Assembly (NCBI GenBank): GCA_024277855.1
Contig: JAJRUJ010000113.1
Location: 8,889-72,888, forward strand
Length of the DNA stretch: 64,000 bases
Reading direction: 5' to 3'
Source of the DNA: Candidatus Zixiibacteriota bacterium
Lineage (GTDB): Bacteria; Zixibacteria; MSB-5A5; WJJR01; JAJRUJ01
The notes below the pieces were generated by a model that worked only from the letters and a program-made list of their open reading frames with translations, made no database searches and was not told the DNA's origin. The first letter of the stretch is position 1; each line of letters begins with the position of its first letter. Shown here one piece after another: positions 17,756-27,756 of this stretch. The position numbers and the translations under genes are program-made.

Positions 17756-20421
17756 AACTCGAGACACTGACCTCATACGGGATTCTGCCGGCATTTGTCG
17801 ACCGCTGGCGGGCAACCATCGGTGACCGATTGCTGGATTGGCAGGCCGACGCATTGCGTCATTATGGCCTGCTTGACGGGCCAAAACAGCCCGCCGGAGA
17901 CCGCAACCTGCTGGTTGTCGCACCGACATCATCGGGCAAGACCTTTATCGGTGAAATGGCGGCCGCCGCCGCGCTTTCCCGTCGGCGAAAAGTGATTTTT
18001 ATCGTCCCGCTCAAAGCCATCGCCGCCGAAAAACATGCCGGGTTCGAGGAAACATTCGGGGCGCTCGGTTTTCGGGCGGTCATTTCCACGCGCGACCACC
18101 AGCAGTTTGACCGGGCATTTACCGCCGGAGATTTCGACCTCGCCATCGTGGTTGCCGAAAAATTACGTCATCTCCTCGTGCAGAAAATCGACCTGCTGGC
18201 CCAAGTCGATTTGATTGTTGCCGATGAGTTGCACCTCCTGACCGATCCCGACCGAGGCCCGGCGTTATTGTCGGTGATCGAGAAACTGGTGCGCTCGACA
18301 TTCGATTGCCGGTTCATCGGCCTGTCCACTCGTTTGCCCGCCGCAGAGTTTCTGGCCGACTACCTTCACGCGCGAATCATGCGGGTTTGCCGCCGCCCGG
18401 TCGAACTGCGCCGGGGTGTCCTCTGCGACGGCACATTCACTTTCCGCGAAGACAATTCGGGCGACACCGGCAGTGAACAACTCGGCGACCCGGGCGACCA
18501 TGACGATGAAAGTCTTTTGCGGCTGTTGGGAAAACAATTGGACGACGGGGAGCAAATACTCGTTTTCGGCAAGACCAAGATCGACTGCCACCATCGCGCG
18601 GCGGCGCTGGCGCGGCGGCGAACAGAACGCCGCATACTGGAACCGGCGGCGGCGTGGACTCTGCAGGCCGGCGGTCCGGTGGTCGGCGGCCTGAGCGACT
18701 GGTATGAACGGGGTATCGGTGTTCATCATGCGGACCTGTCTTTTGCCCAGCGGCGGCTGACCGAACAGTTATTCCGTGAGGGGAAACTGCGCATCCTGTT
18801 TTGCACGGGCACGCTGGCGATGGGTGTCAACCTGCCGAGTTCGATTGTCTATGTCGAGGCCGAACGATTCACCGGCGGCCGCTACGGCAACACACCTTTG
18901 CTGGCCCCCCTGGAAACCCACGAGTTCGACAACGCGGCCGGGCGCGCCGGGCGGCTGGGCCTGACCGAAAAACCCGGACGGGCAATTCTCTGGGCCGACA
19001 CACCGGTTGCCGCCCAAATTCTCTGGCAAACCTATATTAATCCGTCCCACAATGATGACACCGGTCAACTCCAATGGCCGGACATCAATCGGCGGCTGCT
19101 TGAGGCAATCGCCTGTGGATTGATCACCGACCATGTGTCGTGCGCCGCCCATTTCAATGATGATTCATTGCCCGTCGCCGATATCGAAAGCCGACTCGAC
19201 TACCTGCGTGACTGCGAGATGTTGGCCAGAGAAGCCGACCTGCTCCGGGCCACCCCGGCCGGGATTGTGGCGGCCGCTTCAGGCGTATCGCCGCAGTCGA
19301 TCGGCATCCTGCGTGAGTTGGTCGCGCAACATACTTCTCCGGACCCCGTAACCTGGACCGCCGCGGCCCTTGCCCTCCCTGAGAGCGCCGATGTGCGCTG
19401 GCCGCGGCGGTCGTACGGGCCGTTTGACCCGACAGCTGCGCGGTGGCGGGAACAGTTCGGTGATGATTTTGAATCGACACTGGCCCGTGTCTTCCCCGGC
19501 GCTCTGCGGCCGGAAATTTATTTTCCCCGTCCCCACCAACGGCGACGCGCCATGGCAGCGGCGCTGGCCATCGGTGATTGGGCAACCGGCGAGTTGGCCG
19601 AGGCGCTGGGCGCTGCACACCAGGCCCCGCCGGGACGGTTCGAACGCACGGCCGAGACGATTTCATGGCTGGTCGATACCGCGGCGGCGCTGGCTGAAAC
19701 TGATCCGCAATGGCGGGCCAAGGCGCCTGCCTTGCGCCGGAGCGCCTTCGAAATTCGATCCGGTCTCCCCTGGTGTTTACACGAGTTGGCCGGAACGGTC
19801 GAGAGAGAACTTCCCCGCGATGGCATCCTGCAACTGGCCCGGCTGGGTTGGGACAAGCCACATTCACTGGTTAACGCCCAGGCACGAGACCTCGAAGGGA
19901 TCCTGCCTGCTCCGGTCGCCAGACAGGTGATTGCCCGGGCCTGTCGCTGGGTTGCCAACCATTCCGCGAAAAGACAGAACCAGCAAGATAAACCATCGAC
20001 TTTACGACATAAGGAGGTAACAATGCCGGGAACATTAACCCTGAACGGGCGACGTGTCCGCTCGCGTTTCGCCGTCGAACTCGGTGAACGCACCTGTGCC
20101 CTGCGCGCCAAGAGTTTCAAATATCTCTTTTCGCTGGCCGTCGCCCGCCGCCTGAGAGGCGACGGCTGGATCGACAAACGCGATATCGAAGCCGGAGAGA
20201 ACCAGATCAAATATTTCTATCAATTACGGCAGGAACTCAAGGCGGCATATGAAGGAGCGCAACGGTTGATCGAAAATGACGGCGCGGGCCGCTATCGATT
20301 GGCCCTTTCCCCGGAGACAATCCGGTTTGACATTGAGCAAATTGCCGCTTTCCCCGATTGGGAAATTCAACAGGCGGCCCGGCAATTGCAGGAAATGGGC
20401 ATCGACACGCAGGCGGCGTAA
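17752..20421 (+). CDS. Ski2/Hel308-like SF2 helicase with C-terminal winged-helix-like domain
   Basis: APTSSGKT, VPLKAIAAEK, DELH, HHADL, TGTLAMGVNLP, AGRAGRLG. Confidence 0.88.
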   Translation: MKLETLTSYGILPAFVDRWRATIGDRLLDWQADALRHYGLLDGPKQPAGDRNLLVVAPTSSGKTFIGEMAAAAALSRRRKVIFIVPLKAIAAEKHAGFEETFGALGFRAVISTRDHQQFDRAFTAGDFDLAIVVAEKLRHLLVQKIDLLAQVDLIVADELHLLTDPDRGPALLSVIEKLVRSTFDCRFIGLSTRLPAAEFLADYLHARIMRVCRRPVELRRGVLCDGTFTFREDNSGDTGSEQLGDPGDHDDESLLRLLGKQLDDGEQILVFGKTKIDCHHRAAALARRRTERRILEPAAAWTLQAGGPVVGGLSDWYERGIGVHHADLSFAQRRLTEQLFREGKLRILFCTGTLAMGVNLPSSIVYVEAERFTGGRYGNTPLLAPLETHEFDNAAGRAGRLGLTEKPGRAILWADTPVAAQILWQTYINPSHNDDTGQLQWPDINRRLLEAIACGLITDHVSCAAHFNDDSLPVADIESRLDYLRDCEMLAREADLLRATPAGIVAAASGVSPQSIGILRELVAQHTSPDPVTWTAAALALPESADVRWPRRSYGPFDPTAARWREQFGDDFESTLARVFPGALRPEIYFPRPHQRRRAMAAALAIGDWATGELAEALGAAHQAPPGRFERTAETISWLVDTAAALAETDPQWRAKAPALRRSAFEIRSGLPWCLHELAGTVERELPRDGILQLARLGWDKPHSLVNAQARDLEGILPAPVARQVIARACRWVANHSAKRQNQQDKPSTLRHKEVTMPGTLTLNGRRVRSRFAVELGERTCALRAKSFKYLFSLAVARRLRGDGWIDKRDIEAGENQIKYFYQLRQELKAAYEGAQRLIENDGAGRYRLALSPETIRFDIEQIAAFPDWEIQQAARQLQEMGIDTQAA

Positions 20422-20459
20422 TCTGAGACAGCGGCGGGAGTCGACGAATAAATCGGGCT

Positions 20460-21047
20460 TCAGCCGCCGATTTCCTTTTCCAGACGGGCGATTTCCTGCC
20501 GGATGGCATCGGCATGCGGGGCATTGGGAGAAATTGCGAGATATTTTTTCCAGGCGTCCATCGCTCCCGCCGCGTCGTTGAGGTCACTACCGTAAATCAC
20601 ACCGAGGTTGAACCAGGCCTGTTCGTGTTCAGGGACGGCCGCAACGATCTCACGAAGGATAGCAACCGATTCGGCGGATCGACCCAGCATCCGCAACATG
20701 GAAGCCTTGTCGACTTTGATTTCGATATTGTCCGGTTGGAGCTTGAGCACCCGGTCATAATACTCGACAGCTTGTTCGGCCATCCCGGCGTCGTAATAGA
20801 GATTGCCCAGGGCGGTAAGAATCTGCGGGTTATCCGGGTCGGATTTTTCCAGCTCCTGAAGATGTTGAATCTGTTGTTTAACATCGTTCATCATCGCTTC
20901 CGGATCGCCGCCCATTCCCGGGGAATCCGCAGCGGCAACGGCCGTCGGCTCTTCGAGAGCCGGCTGCAAAGCATTCTTCATCGTCCAAACCGCAAAGACG
21001 GTAATGACCGCCACTCCCAGAATTACTGCATACAGATTTTTGCTCAT
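20460..21047 (-). CDS. Membrane-anchored TPR protein
   Basis: N-terminal TM; TPR repeats (LGNLYYDAG, AWFNLGVIY). Confidence 0.8.
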   Translation of the reverse strand: MSKNLYAVILGVAVITVFAVWTMKNALQPALEEPTAVAAADSPGMGGDPEAMMNDVKQQIQHLQELEKSDPDNPQILTALGNLYYDAGMAEQAVEYYDRVLKLQPDNIEIKVDKASMLRMLGRSAESVAILREIVAAVPEHEQAWFNLGVIYGSDLNDAAGAMDAWKKYLAISPNAPHADAIRQEIARLEKEIGG

Positions 21048-21091
21048 CCTGTCCTCGTCATTGTGTCAATCGGCCCCGGCGATTGACCGGC

Positions 21092-22819
21092 TTAGTTTTT
21101 TGTCCGACTCACGCTGCTTTTCCCGGCGGGGTCAACCATCTCCGCGGCGTGAAGCCGGGTCGTTTCGGTAATCTCGGCCGAGGCCATCATGCGGGCGATC
21201 TCCTCCACCCGCTCCGACTTATCCAGTAATCGAATCTGAGTGGCGATACGTTTGCCACTTTTTTGCTTGCTGACCAGATAATGCTGATCGGCCAGAGAGG
21301 CCATCTGGTGCAAATGGGAAATCAGGAAAACCTGATAATGTTGGGCCAGCTTCTTAATCTGCCGGGCAACGGCGAAAGCGACTGTCCCTCCAATGCCTGA
21401 ATCGACTTCATCAAAAACGAGCAGAGAAACATCATGCCCCGGCTGTCCTGCCGCCTTGATCGCCAACATCACTCGTGATAATTCTCCCCCGGAGGCGATT
21501 TTGACCAGCGGCTTATATCCCTCCCCCGGATTCGTCTCGATGGCAAATTCGATTTCTTCCAGCCCATTTTCCGTGACGGCGACCTCTGTTCCGGCAAAGG
21601 GCACTCGCCGGGAGCCGGAGCCCACGGGTGTGAAATCGACACGAAATTTCGCTCCCGCCATGCCGATGCGCGAAAGCGAAGCGGTCACTTCCCGGCCCAA
21701 TTTGACTGACGCGGCGCGGCGGGCCTTCGAGAGTTTGTCTGCCTCGACGGCGAGCTGTCGCTTATTATCTTCCAGTCGTGAGACCAACTCCGCCTTGCGG
21801 TCATCCTCGGTATGATACGTCGTGAGTTCGGCTTCAAGTTCGGCCAGACGCGCGAGGATCGCGGCACAGGATGGTCCGTATTTGCCCTTGAGTTGGAATA
21901 TTTCCGCCAAACGGGCTTCAATTTCCTCGGTTCGATTGGGGTCAAAGTCGATGCGACGGCAATAGTCCCCGATTGTCGAAACAATATCGGCCAGTTGGAC
22001 TTCACATTTTTCAAGAAGATCGACCGTACTGCCCAGCCGATCATCAATCTCAGCTAAAGACAGAAACTCTTTGCGCACCCGCGCCACGCGGTCGGCCGCT
22101 GAGCCTTCCTCCTCGGCGAGGACAGCCGCGGCCTGTTCACCGGCTTCGATCAATCGTCGGGCATTTTTTAATACATTTAATTCGCGCTTAAGTTCGTCTT
22201 CCTCATCAACCGTTACTCCGGCCCGCCGGATTTCCTCTACTTGAAATCGGGCCAATTCATGCGCTTGACGTCGTTGATCTGCCCGACGGGTAATCTCATC
22301 AAGTTGCCGTTGGTCAGCGACGACAACGCCGTACGCCTCGCGGAATGCCTCGGCCTGTTCACGTAACTCGGCCCGTTCATCCAGAAACCGAATGTGAGAC
22401 CGCGGGTCGAGCAACGACTGGTGTTGATGCTGTCCACAAAGGTCGCCCATGAGATCCCCGAACGATTTCAATTCGCTCAGGGTCACCAGCCGATCGTTGA
22501 CGAAACAGCGACTGGAGCCCCTGCGATTGACCTCGCGGCGCACGCAGACGGGTCGGGATTCGCCGGCATTAAATTCATTACGAAGAACCGCCCATTCCGG
22601 AGCCGACGGCAGAATAAATTCCCCTTCCACCACCGCTCCGTCCGCGCCGGTCCGAATCATCTCCGTTTGCGCCCGTTCTCCCATGAGCAAACTCAATGCA
22701 CCGATTAAAATCGACTTGCCTGCGCCGGTTTCACCGGTGATAACATTCAGACCGGGTGCGAAATCGATCGTCAACTCCTCGACAATCGCATAGTTTTTTA
22801 TGTGCAATTTACTGAGCAC
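21092..22819 (-). CDS. recN: DNA repair protein RecN
   Basis: TGETGAGKS, GQHQHQSL, ASGGELSR, VFDEVDSG, ISHLHQ. Confidence 0.97.
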   Translation of the reverse strand: MLSKLHIKNYAIVEELTIDFAPGLNVITGETGAGKSILIGALSLLMGERAQTEMIRTGADGAVVEGEFILPSAPEWAVLRNEFNAGESRPVCVRREVNRRGSSRCFVNDRLVTLSELKSFGDLMGDLCGQHQHQSLLDPRSHIRFLDERAELREQAEAFREAYGVVVADQRQLDEITRRADQRRQAHELARFQVEEIRRAGVTVDEEDELKRELNVLKNARRLIEAGEQAAAVLAEEEGSAADRVARVRKEFLSLAEIDDRLGSTVDLLEKCEVQLADIVSTIGDYCRRIDFDPNRTEEIEARLAEIFQLKGKYGPSCAAILARLAELEAELTTYHTEDDRKAELVSRLEDNKRQLAVEADKLSKARRAASVKLGREVTASLSRIGMAGAKFRVDFTPVGSGSRRVPFAGTEVAVTENGLEEIEFAIETNPGEGYKPLVKIASGGELSRVMLAIKAAGQPGHDVSLLVFDEVDSGIGGTVAFAVARQIKKLAQHYQVFLISHLHQMASLADQHYLVSKQKSGKRIATQIRLLDKSERVEEIARMMASAEITETTRLHAAEMVDPAGKSSVSRTKN

Positions 22820-22928
22820 GTCGAATCCCGGTTCTGCCCCCCAAATCGTCCGAATCGGGACAATATTCCTCTCCCGAATTCATTGACTTTACCTATCCGG
22901 TCGTTTGGGAAGCTCGGCCTTCGCCTAA

Positions 22929-23375
22929 TCATCGGAAAGCGGCCACGGTCAACACGGCGAGTACCCCGAGGAACCAGAGCGCGAATGCTCGGTACAGGTA
23001 GCGGCGCTTGCGCCGGTTGATCCGTCGAAAGGCCAATCGTGATGAATCGGGCGAATTCGCAAAATATCGATACCGCCGCACCAAAAAAACCAAAGCGCCG
23101 TGAAACACCGCCAGCGTCCAGAATACCACCGGCGATAATACCAGCAGCCGCATGCTATACCCATCGGAATGAATTGCACACCACGGTGAGAGAAGCCAGG
23201 CCAGGTAACCCAAAAGTCCGACGCCCCCCAGCCAGCAAATTAACATCGCCGCTTTTTGCATCCCGGTCATCGAGTCAAAGAGCACCTGCCGCATAGTATC
23301 GACCCAAAAGACATCCTCCCGGGTCGGCGGGAAGCCCGGGCGGGCAGCGGAATTGTTTGGCACACTTGCCGCCAT
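22929..23375 (-). CDS. Hypothetical membrane protein (about 3 TM)
   Basis: AGAGGA RBS then ATG 23375; three hydrophobic segments. Confidence 0.55.
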   Translation of the reverse strand: MAASVPNNSAARPGFPPTREDVFWVDTMRQVLFDSMTGMQKAAMLICWLGGVGLLGYLAWLLSPWCAIHSDGYSMRLLVLSPVVFWTLAVFHGALVFLVRRYRYFANSPDSSRLAFRRINRRKRRYLYRAFALWFLGVLAVLTVAAFR

Positions 23376-23386
23376 TGCGTTGTCCT

Positions 23387-23623
23387 CTATCTTCCGGTTG
23401 ATGATCCAGAGATTGGCCCCGAACCGACCGGCATGATAATATACTCTCGGCCACACTGGTCACAGGTGATGATCAGGCGTTTGGGCAGGTCGAGTTTTAG
23501 TTTTTGTGAGTCAGCTACCGCCCCGCGAAGATCGGTCTCTCCCTCCGCCAGCAGCCGGGCCAGTTCCACCTCGCTGACACCCTGGCAATAGGGGCAGCGA
23601 TATCGTTCGATCATTCCAACCAT
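23387..23623 (-). CDS. Small Zn-finger protein
   Basis: CPYC...CDQC; start 23623 or 23614. Confidence 0.55.
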   Translation of the reverse strand: MVGMIERYRCPYCQGVSEVELARLLAEGETDLRGAVADSQKLKLDLPKRLIITCDQCGREYIIMPVGSGPISGSSTGR

Positions 23624-23891
23624 CCTGACCGAATATGATAATCTGCCGCAGGACATACGCAACAAAAACCGTCTTCCTCCGACAAGATTCCCTTCGGAAA
23701 ATATGCCCGGCACCGTCGGCTACCGCTCTATCCGCCCACCGGACAACCGCTTCGCGCAGGAATGCCCACTGAAACGAATAGATTTAACCAACCCGGTAAA
23801 TCCTTACCCGGTAACGCCCGATGTCTAAAGATATGGGGTGGCGTGCGACCACCCGGGAATCGTAAACCATTGAACCATACTGGCTGATCTC

Positions 23892-25823
23892 ATGGATACG
23901 AACCTGACGGATAATGACCGATCTCATCCGGCCTGTGACGGCGCTGCGGGGAACAGTCAACCGACTACGCCCTCGTCGACCGCCAATCAACAGCCGACCG
24001 AACCGGAATGGCATCTTCAGAATTTAAGTAAATCGTCCCCTGCGGCAACTACAGAGCAAAAAACAAAAACCGGCGGTGCGAAGCCCGTTCCGGTCGATTT
24101 GGGAGTCGATGAAGCCAAGAAGACCACCAAACCGCCGCAGCGGTAGAAGGAAAGAGAATCACCCGCCAAACAACAGGTAAAGAAAGCGGCACGCCGACGG
24201 GTCGGCCTTGTCGATGACCCGGGATCATCACCGCAAGCCGGGAGCAAGAAACAAACGTCCGTCGCTCCCGGACCAGGCAAAACCAAAAAACCGGCCAACG
24301 CAAAAAAACAGCCAAAGATAGACAATAATAAAACTGAAGAAACCGCTTTCGAGAAAGACCTTCGCCTCAATCAATTCGACAACTCAACCGATACCATTCC
24401 CCTTCAGACAACCGACCGGCGCATTGAAACGGCGATTGCTACCGGCCGGCAACTCCGACTCCCCGGGAAAAAACGATTTCAAAATGGGGAAACATTTGTC
24501 CATAACAATAAAGAGTATCGGATCAAACTCGAGCAGGGACGCTCCCTGATATACTACCTGAAAACCGTCGGCTTGTTGCTCCTGGTCGTCCTGGCCGCGG
24601 TCGGTTTTTCGACACTCTTTGCGGCCCCGCCAAGCGGGTCGATCAGCGGCGTTATTATCGATGCCGCGACCGGCGTTGTACTTCCCGGTACGAAACTCAT
24701 CTTGCCCAACGGCACATCGACAACAACCAACATCGCCGGTATCTTCACCTTTCCCGCGCTCAATCCGGGGAATTACCAATTGCAAATCTCCGCAGCCGGG
24801 TATCTCAGCCAGTCGCGGGCAGTTGAACGCCGAAAAGACGACGATGTCATGCTGAGCATTGCCCTCGAACCGATTATCGTGGCCGGGGCAGAACCAATCA
24901 AAGAACCAGCGCCCGAAGAGACCAAGGGAAAAGTCGCCGCCGCCAAAAACGGCGTCGTGAAATTGAACATTGAATTTGACGATTACATCCTCTATTTCGA
25001 CGACAAGATCGTCGGCAAAAACATCAAGAAAATCTCCAGGATCAAACCCGGCAAACATAACCTGACCATCGAGAAAGACCAATATGAAGAGTATCGCACC
25101 GAAGTGTCGGTGAAAGCCAGGCGGACGACGGAGATAGCGATCACGCTGGCGGATTTAAAGCCGAAGACTACTCCGCAACAGCGCGCCAGAAACCATTTTG
25201 CCCTGGGTAAGGACGCGTTGGACGATGGACTCTATCAGCGCGCCATTGAGCATTTTGATACCGCCCTGACCGAGGTTGCCGAATTTGCCGACGCGCTCCA
25301 GTACCGTGGCTGGGCATTCCGGAAACTGGGCAATATGTCGCAAGCGACAGCCGACCTCGTAAAAGCCGCAAAACTGTTTACCCTGGCCAATCGCTATTTG
25401 GAGGCGATACCCTGCGTCGACGTATTGATCCAAATGCACCCGAAAGACGGGAACTACTACGTGCAACGCGGAGATATCCGCACCGCTTTAGGCGAAGCCG
25501 GTTCGGCGATCGACGATTATCGTGCGGCGGTGAAGATCGATAAAGGCTCGCTGATCTTCCGCTTGTCACTCGCGGAAGGTTATTATCGCATGGCGAAGTA
25601 TAAAGAGGCCGCCAAATCGTTCGAAAAAGCGCGCAAGATGACCAACAATTCTCAGGATATTTATGTCCGGTTGATCCTGGCCTACATGTACGCAGGCAAA
25701 GACAACGACATGATAAAACGGTACCGGGAACTGGCCGAGTTCGCGCCTCCGGACGAATTGGAGAGGTTGGCGCGCGATCCGGAATGGCAGGAAGTATTGC
25801 AGTTGGTCGGGCCGAATAAATAG
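23892..25823 (+). CDS. Membrane-anchored carboxypeptidase-regulatory/PEGA/TPR protein; N-terminal region interrupted by in-frame TAG (24144)
   Basis: ORFs 23892-24146 and 24573-25823 share a frame that stays open from 24147; GSISGVIIDAATG, PGKHNLTIEK, TPRs. Confidence 0.7.
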
Positions 25824-25851
25824 CTATCGACCAATAGACAGTTGACTGAGC

Positions 25852-25882
25852 AAGCCGGGCCGACAGGCCCGGCTTTTTCTTT
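25852..25882 (+). terminator. Intrinsic terminator
   Basis: AAGCCGGGCC-GACA-GGCCCGGCTT then TTTCTTT. Confidence 0.85.
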
Positions 25883-25902
25883 GCCTGGATTAGATCCCGA
25901 GA

Positions 25903-26034
25903 TTAATCAGGGGACTGGTCTTCGGTCGTTTCGGTCTCGGAAATGGACGGTTTCAACCGCGAAATACAAAAACCGATCCCACCCAGGAAAATAACCAGAA
26001 CAACGATGAGCATGACGATCGCTGACGTGTTCAT
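25903..26034 (-). CDS. MetS-like small subunit of NSS transporter (43 aa, not in ORF track)
   Basis: MNTSAIVMLIVVLVIFLGGIGFCISRL..; ATGA overlap with NSS stop. Confidence 0.75.
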   Translation of the reverse strand: MNTSAIVMLIVVLVIFLGGIGFCISRLKPSISETETTEDQSPD

Positions 26035-27506
26035 TTACGATTCTCCTTTACCTTAATCGCGGCCAGAATAATCCCCAGGATCGGCAGCATAATGACTAAG
26101 AACCATCCGCCGAAGAATTCAGCCAGGCGGGGGTAACCCTCATATGAAGCGCCAATTCGGTCTTTGATCTCGGAATACAGCAGGACGATCGCGACTAAGG
26201 GCAGGATGAATTTGACACAGATATCCCACCATTTGCCGATTCTGATTTCCGAGAATTTGTTTATATATTCGCGCATTCGCCCGCTGCCGATATACCAACC
26301 GACAATTATCGACTCACCGATACAGACAAGCATCAAGCCGAATTGGTTCATGAAGCGGTCGACAATATCCAGCCAAAGTAGCCCGGCGCCAAAGACCAAC
26401 GGGATCCCCAGTACAAAGCCGGCCAGTCCGACGCTGAGATTGGCCGTCCGGTGTTTGAGCCCCCAGCGGTCTTTCACACTGGCCGAAACCGCCTCGGTCA
26501 TCGAAAAAGCCGAATCAATACCCAGCGTGAGTAACATCACGAAAAACAGGACGCCGAACAGTGGCTGCCAAAAAGGTAAATTCGAAATGATCGTCGGGTA
26601 GGTGACAAAAGCCAGTCCCGGGCCGGCCGCGGCGACCTCCGCCACCGGCACCCCGAGGTTTTGGGCGTGGAAACCAAGCGCGCCGAATACAGCCAATCCG
26701 CCCATAAATGCCGTCAACGAATCGCACAGGCCGATAATGAAGGCGTTGTTGACCAGATCGCTGCTGCGGGGGAGAAAACTGCCGTAGGCGATCATAATCC
26801 CGAACCCGACCGAAAGACTGAAAAACACCTGGGTGTAGGCCGCCAGCCAGACACTCGGTTTTAACAATTGGGGCCAGTCGGGAGTCAAATAATAATTGAG
26901 ACCTTCCATGGCCCCGGGAAGGGTGACACCGCGGATGATAAAAATAATCAGCAGAAGCCAGGGCAGGATCACCGTGACATAGACAACTTTGCCGACGGTC
27001 TTTGTCCCCTTCCAGGTGCAAAGGACGATCCAGATCCAGCAGGTAAGCAGTCCCAGGAAAATCATCGGCTTGAATTGACCGAGATCCAGGGGATTGTCGG
27101 TCAAACCCAGGGTAGTGGCGTAAAAATACTCGCTGGGATTATCGCCCCAAGCCTGGGTAAATGAGGCAATCGTATAATTGAAAGCATAACTCATGATAAT
27201 CGCGTAATAGACGACGATAAAAAACCCAACCAGCGCGGCCATCCAGCCAAACCACTGCAGGCCGGGCTTGATTTTAAACATCGCATGCGGCGCCGAGCCC
27301 TGCATCTTGTGGCCAAGACTGATTTCGAGGATCAAAAGCGGGATGCCGGCGGTAAATAGCGCGACCAGCATCGCCACCAAGAAGGCCCCGCCCCCATTCT
27401 CGTAGCAGACATAGGGAAAACGCCAAATATTCCCCAGTCCAATCGCCGAGCCGATCGAGGCAAGCACAAACGCAGTACGGTTGTCCCAGATCTCGCGATG
27501 ACTCAT
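26031..27506 (-). CDS. Sodium-dependent amino acid transporter (NSS/SNF family)
   Basis: GSAIGLGNIWRFPY..NGGGAF, QVFFSLS, GPGLAF. Confidence 0.95.
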   Translation of the reverse strand: MSHREIWDNRTAFVLASIGSAIGLGNIWRFPYVCYENGGGAFLVAMLVALFTAGIPLLILEISLGHKMQGSAPHAMFKIKPGLQWFGWMAALVGFFIVVYYAIIMSYAFNYTIASFTQAWGDNPSEYFYATTLGLTDNPLDLGQFKPMIFLGLLTCWIWIVLCTWKGTKTVGKVVYVTVILPWLLLIIFIIRGVTLPGAMEGLNYYLTPDWPQLLKPSVWLAAYTQVFFSLSVGFGIMIAYGSFLPRSSDLVNNAFIIGLCDSLTAFMGGLAVFGALGFHAQNLGVPVAEVAAAGPGLAFVTYPTIISNLPFWQPLFGVLFFVMLLTLGIDSAFSMTEAVSASVKDRWGLKHRTANLSVGLAGFVLGIPLVFGAGLLWLDIVDRFMNQFGLMLVCIGESIIVGWYIGSGRMREYINKFSEIRIGKWWDICVKFILPLVAIVLLYSEIKDRIGASYEGYPRLAEFFGGWFLVIMLPILGIILAAIKVKENRK

Positions 27507-27676
27507 TTGTATCCCCTTTTGTTGAGCAGGAACATCCTCCGGCTACCGGCCCGGCATCCACCTCGAAGGTTACCTCGGTTGGGGACCGGACCAGACAACT
27601 TGTCGTGTATGGTATCGGGGTGTTTTGGTTGTGTCAATTAAAGAATGTAGATATTTGGGATTGGATTTCACCGACG

Positions 27677-27718
27677 AAAAAAGGAAAGGCGGCCCGGAAT
27701 CCGGGCCGCCTTTCTTAA
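27677..27718 (-). terminator. Intrinsic terminator after saccharopine dehydrogenase
   Basis: GAAAGGCGGCCCGG/CCGGGCCGCCTTTC stem with T-tract on minus strand. Confidence 0.85.
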
Positions 27719-27756
27719 GTCAGAACACGTCTGATATCCATTTGCCGCCGTATCGA

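Noticed and set aside
24144..24146. Genome-wide TAG recoding
   Set aside because: TAG is used as a genuine stop elsewhere (e.g. 5322, 25823, 32984, 35178)
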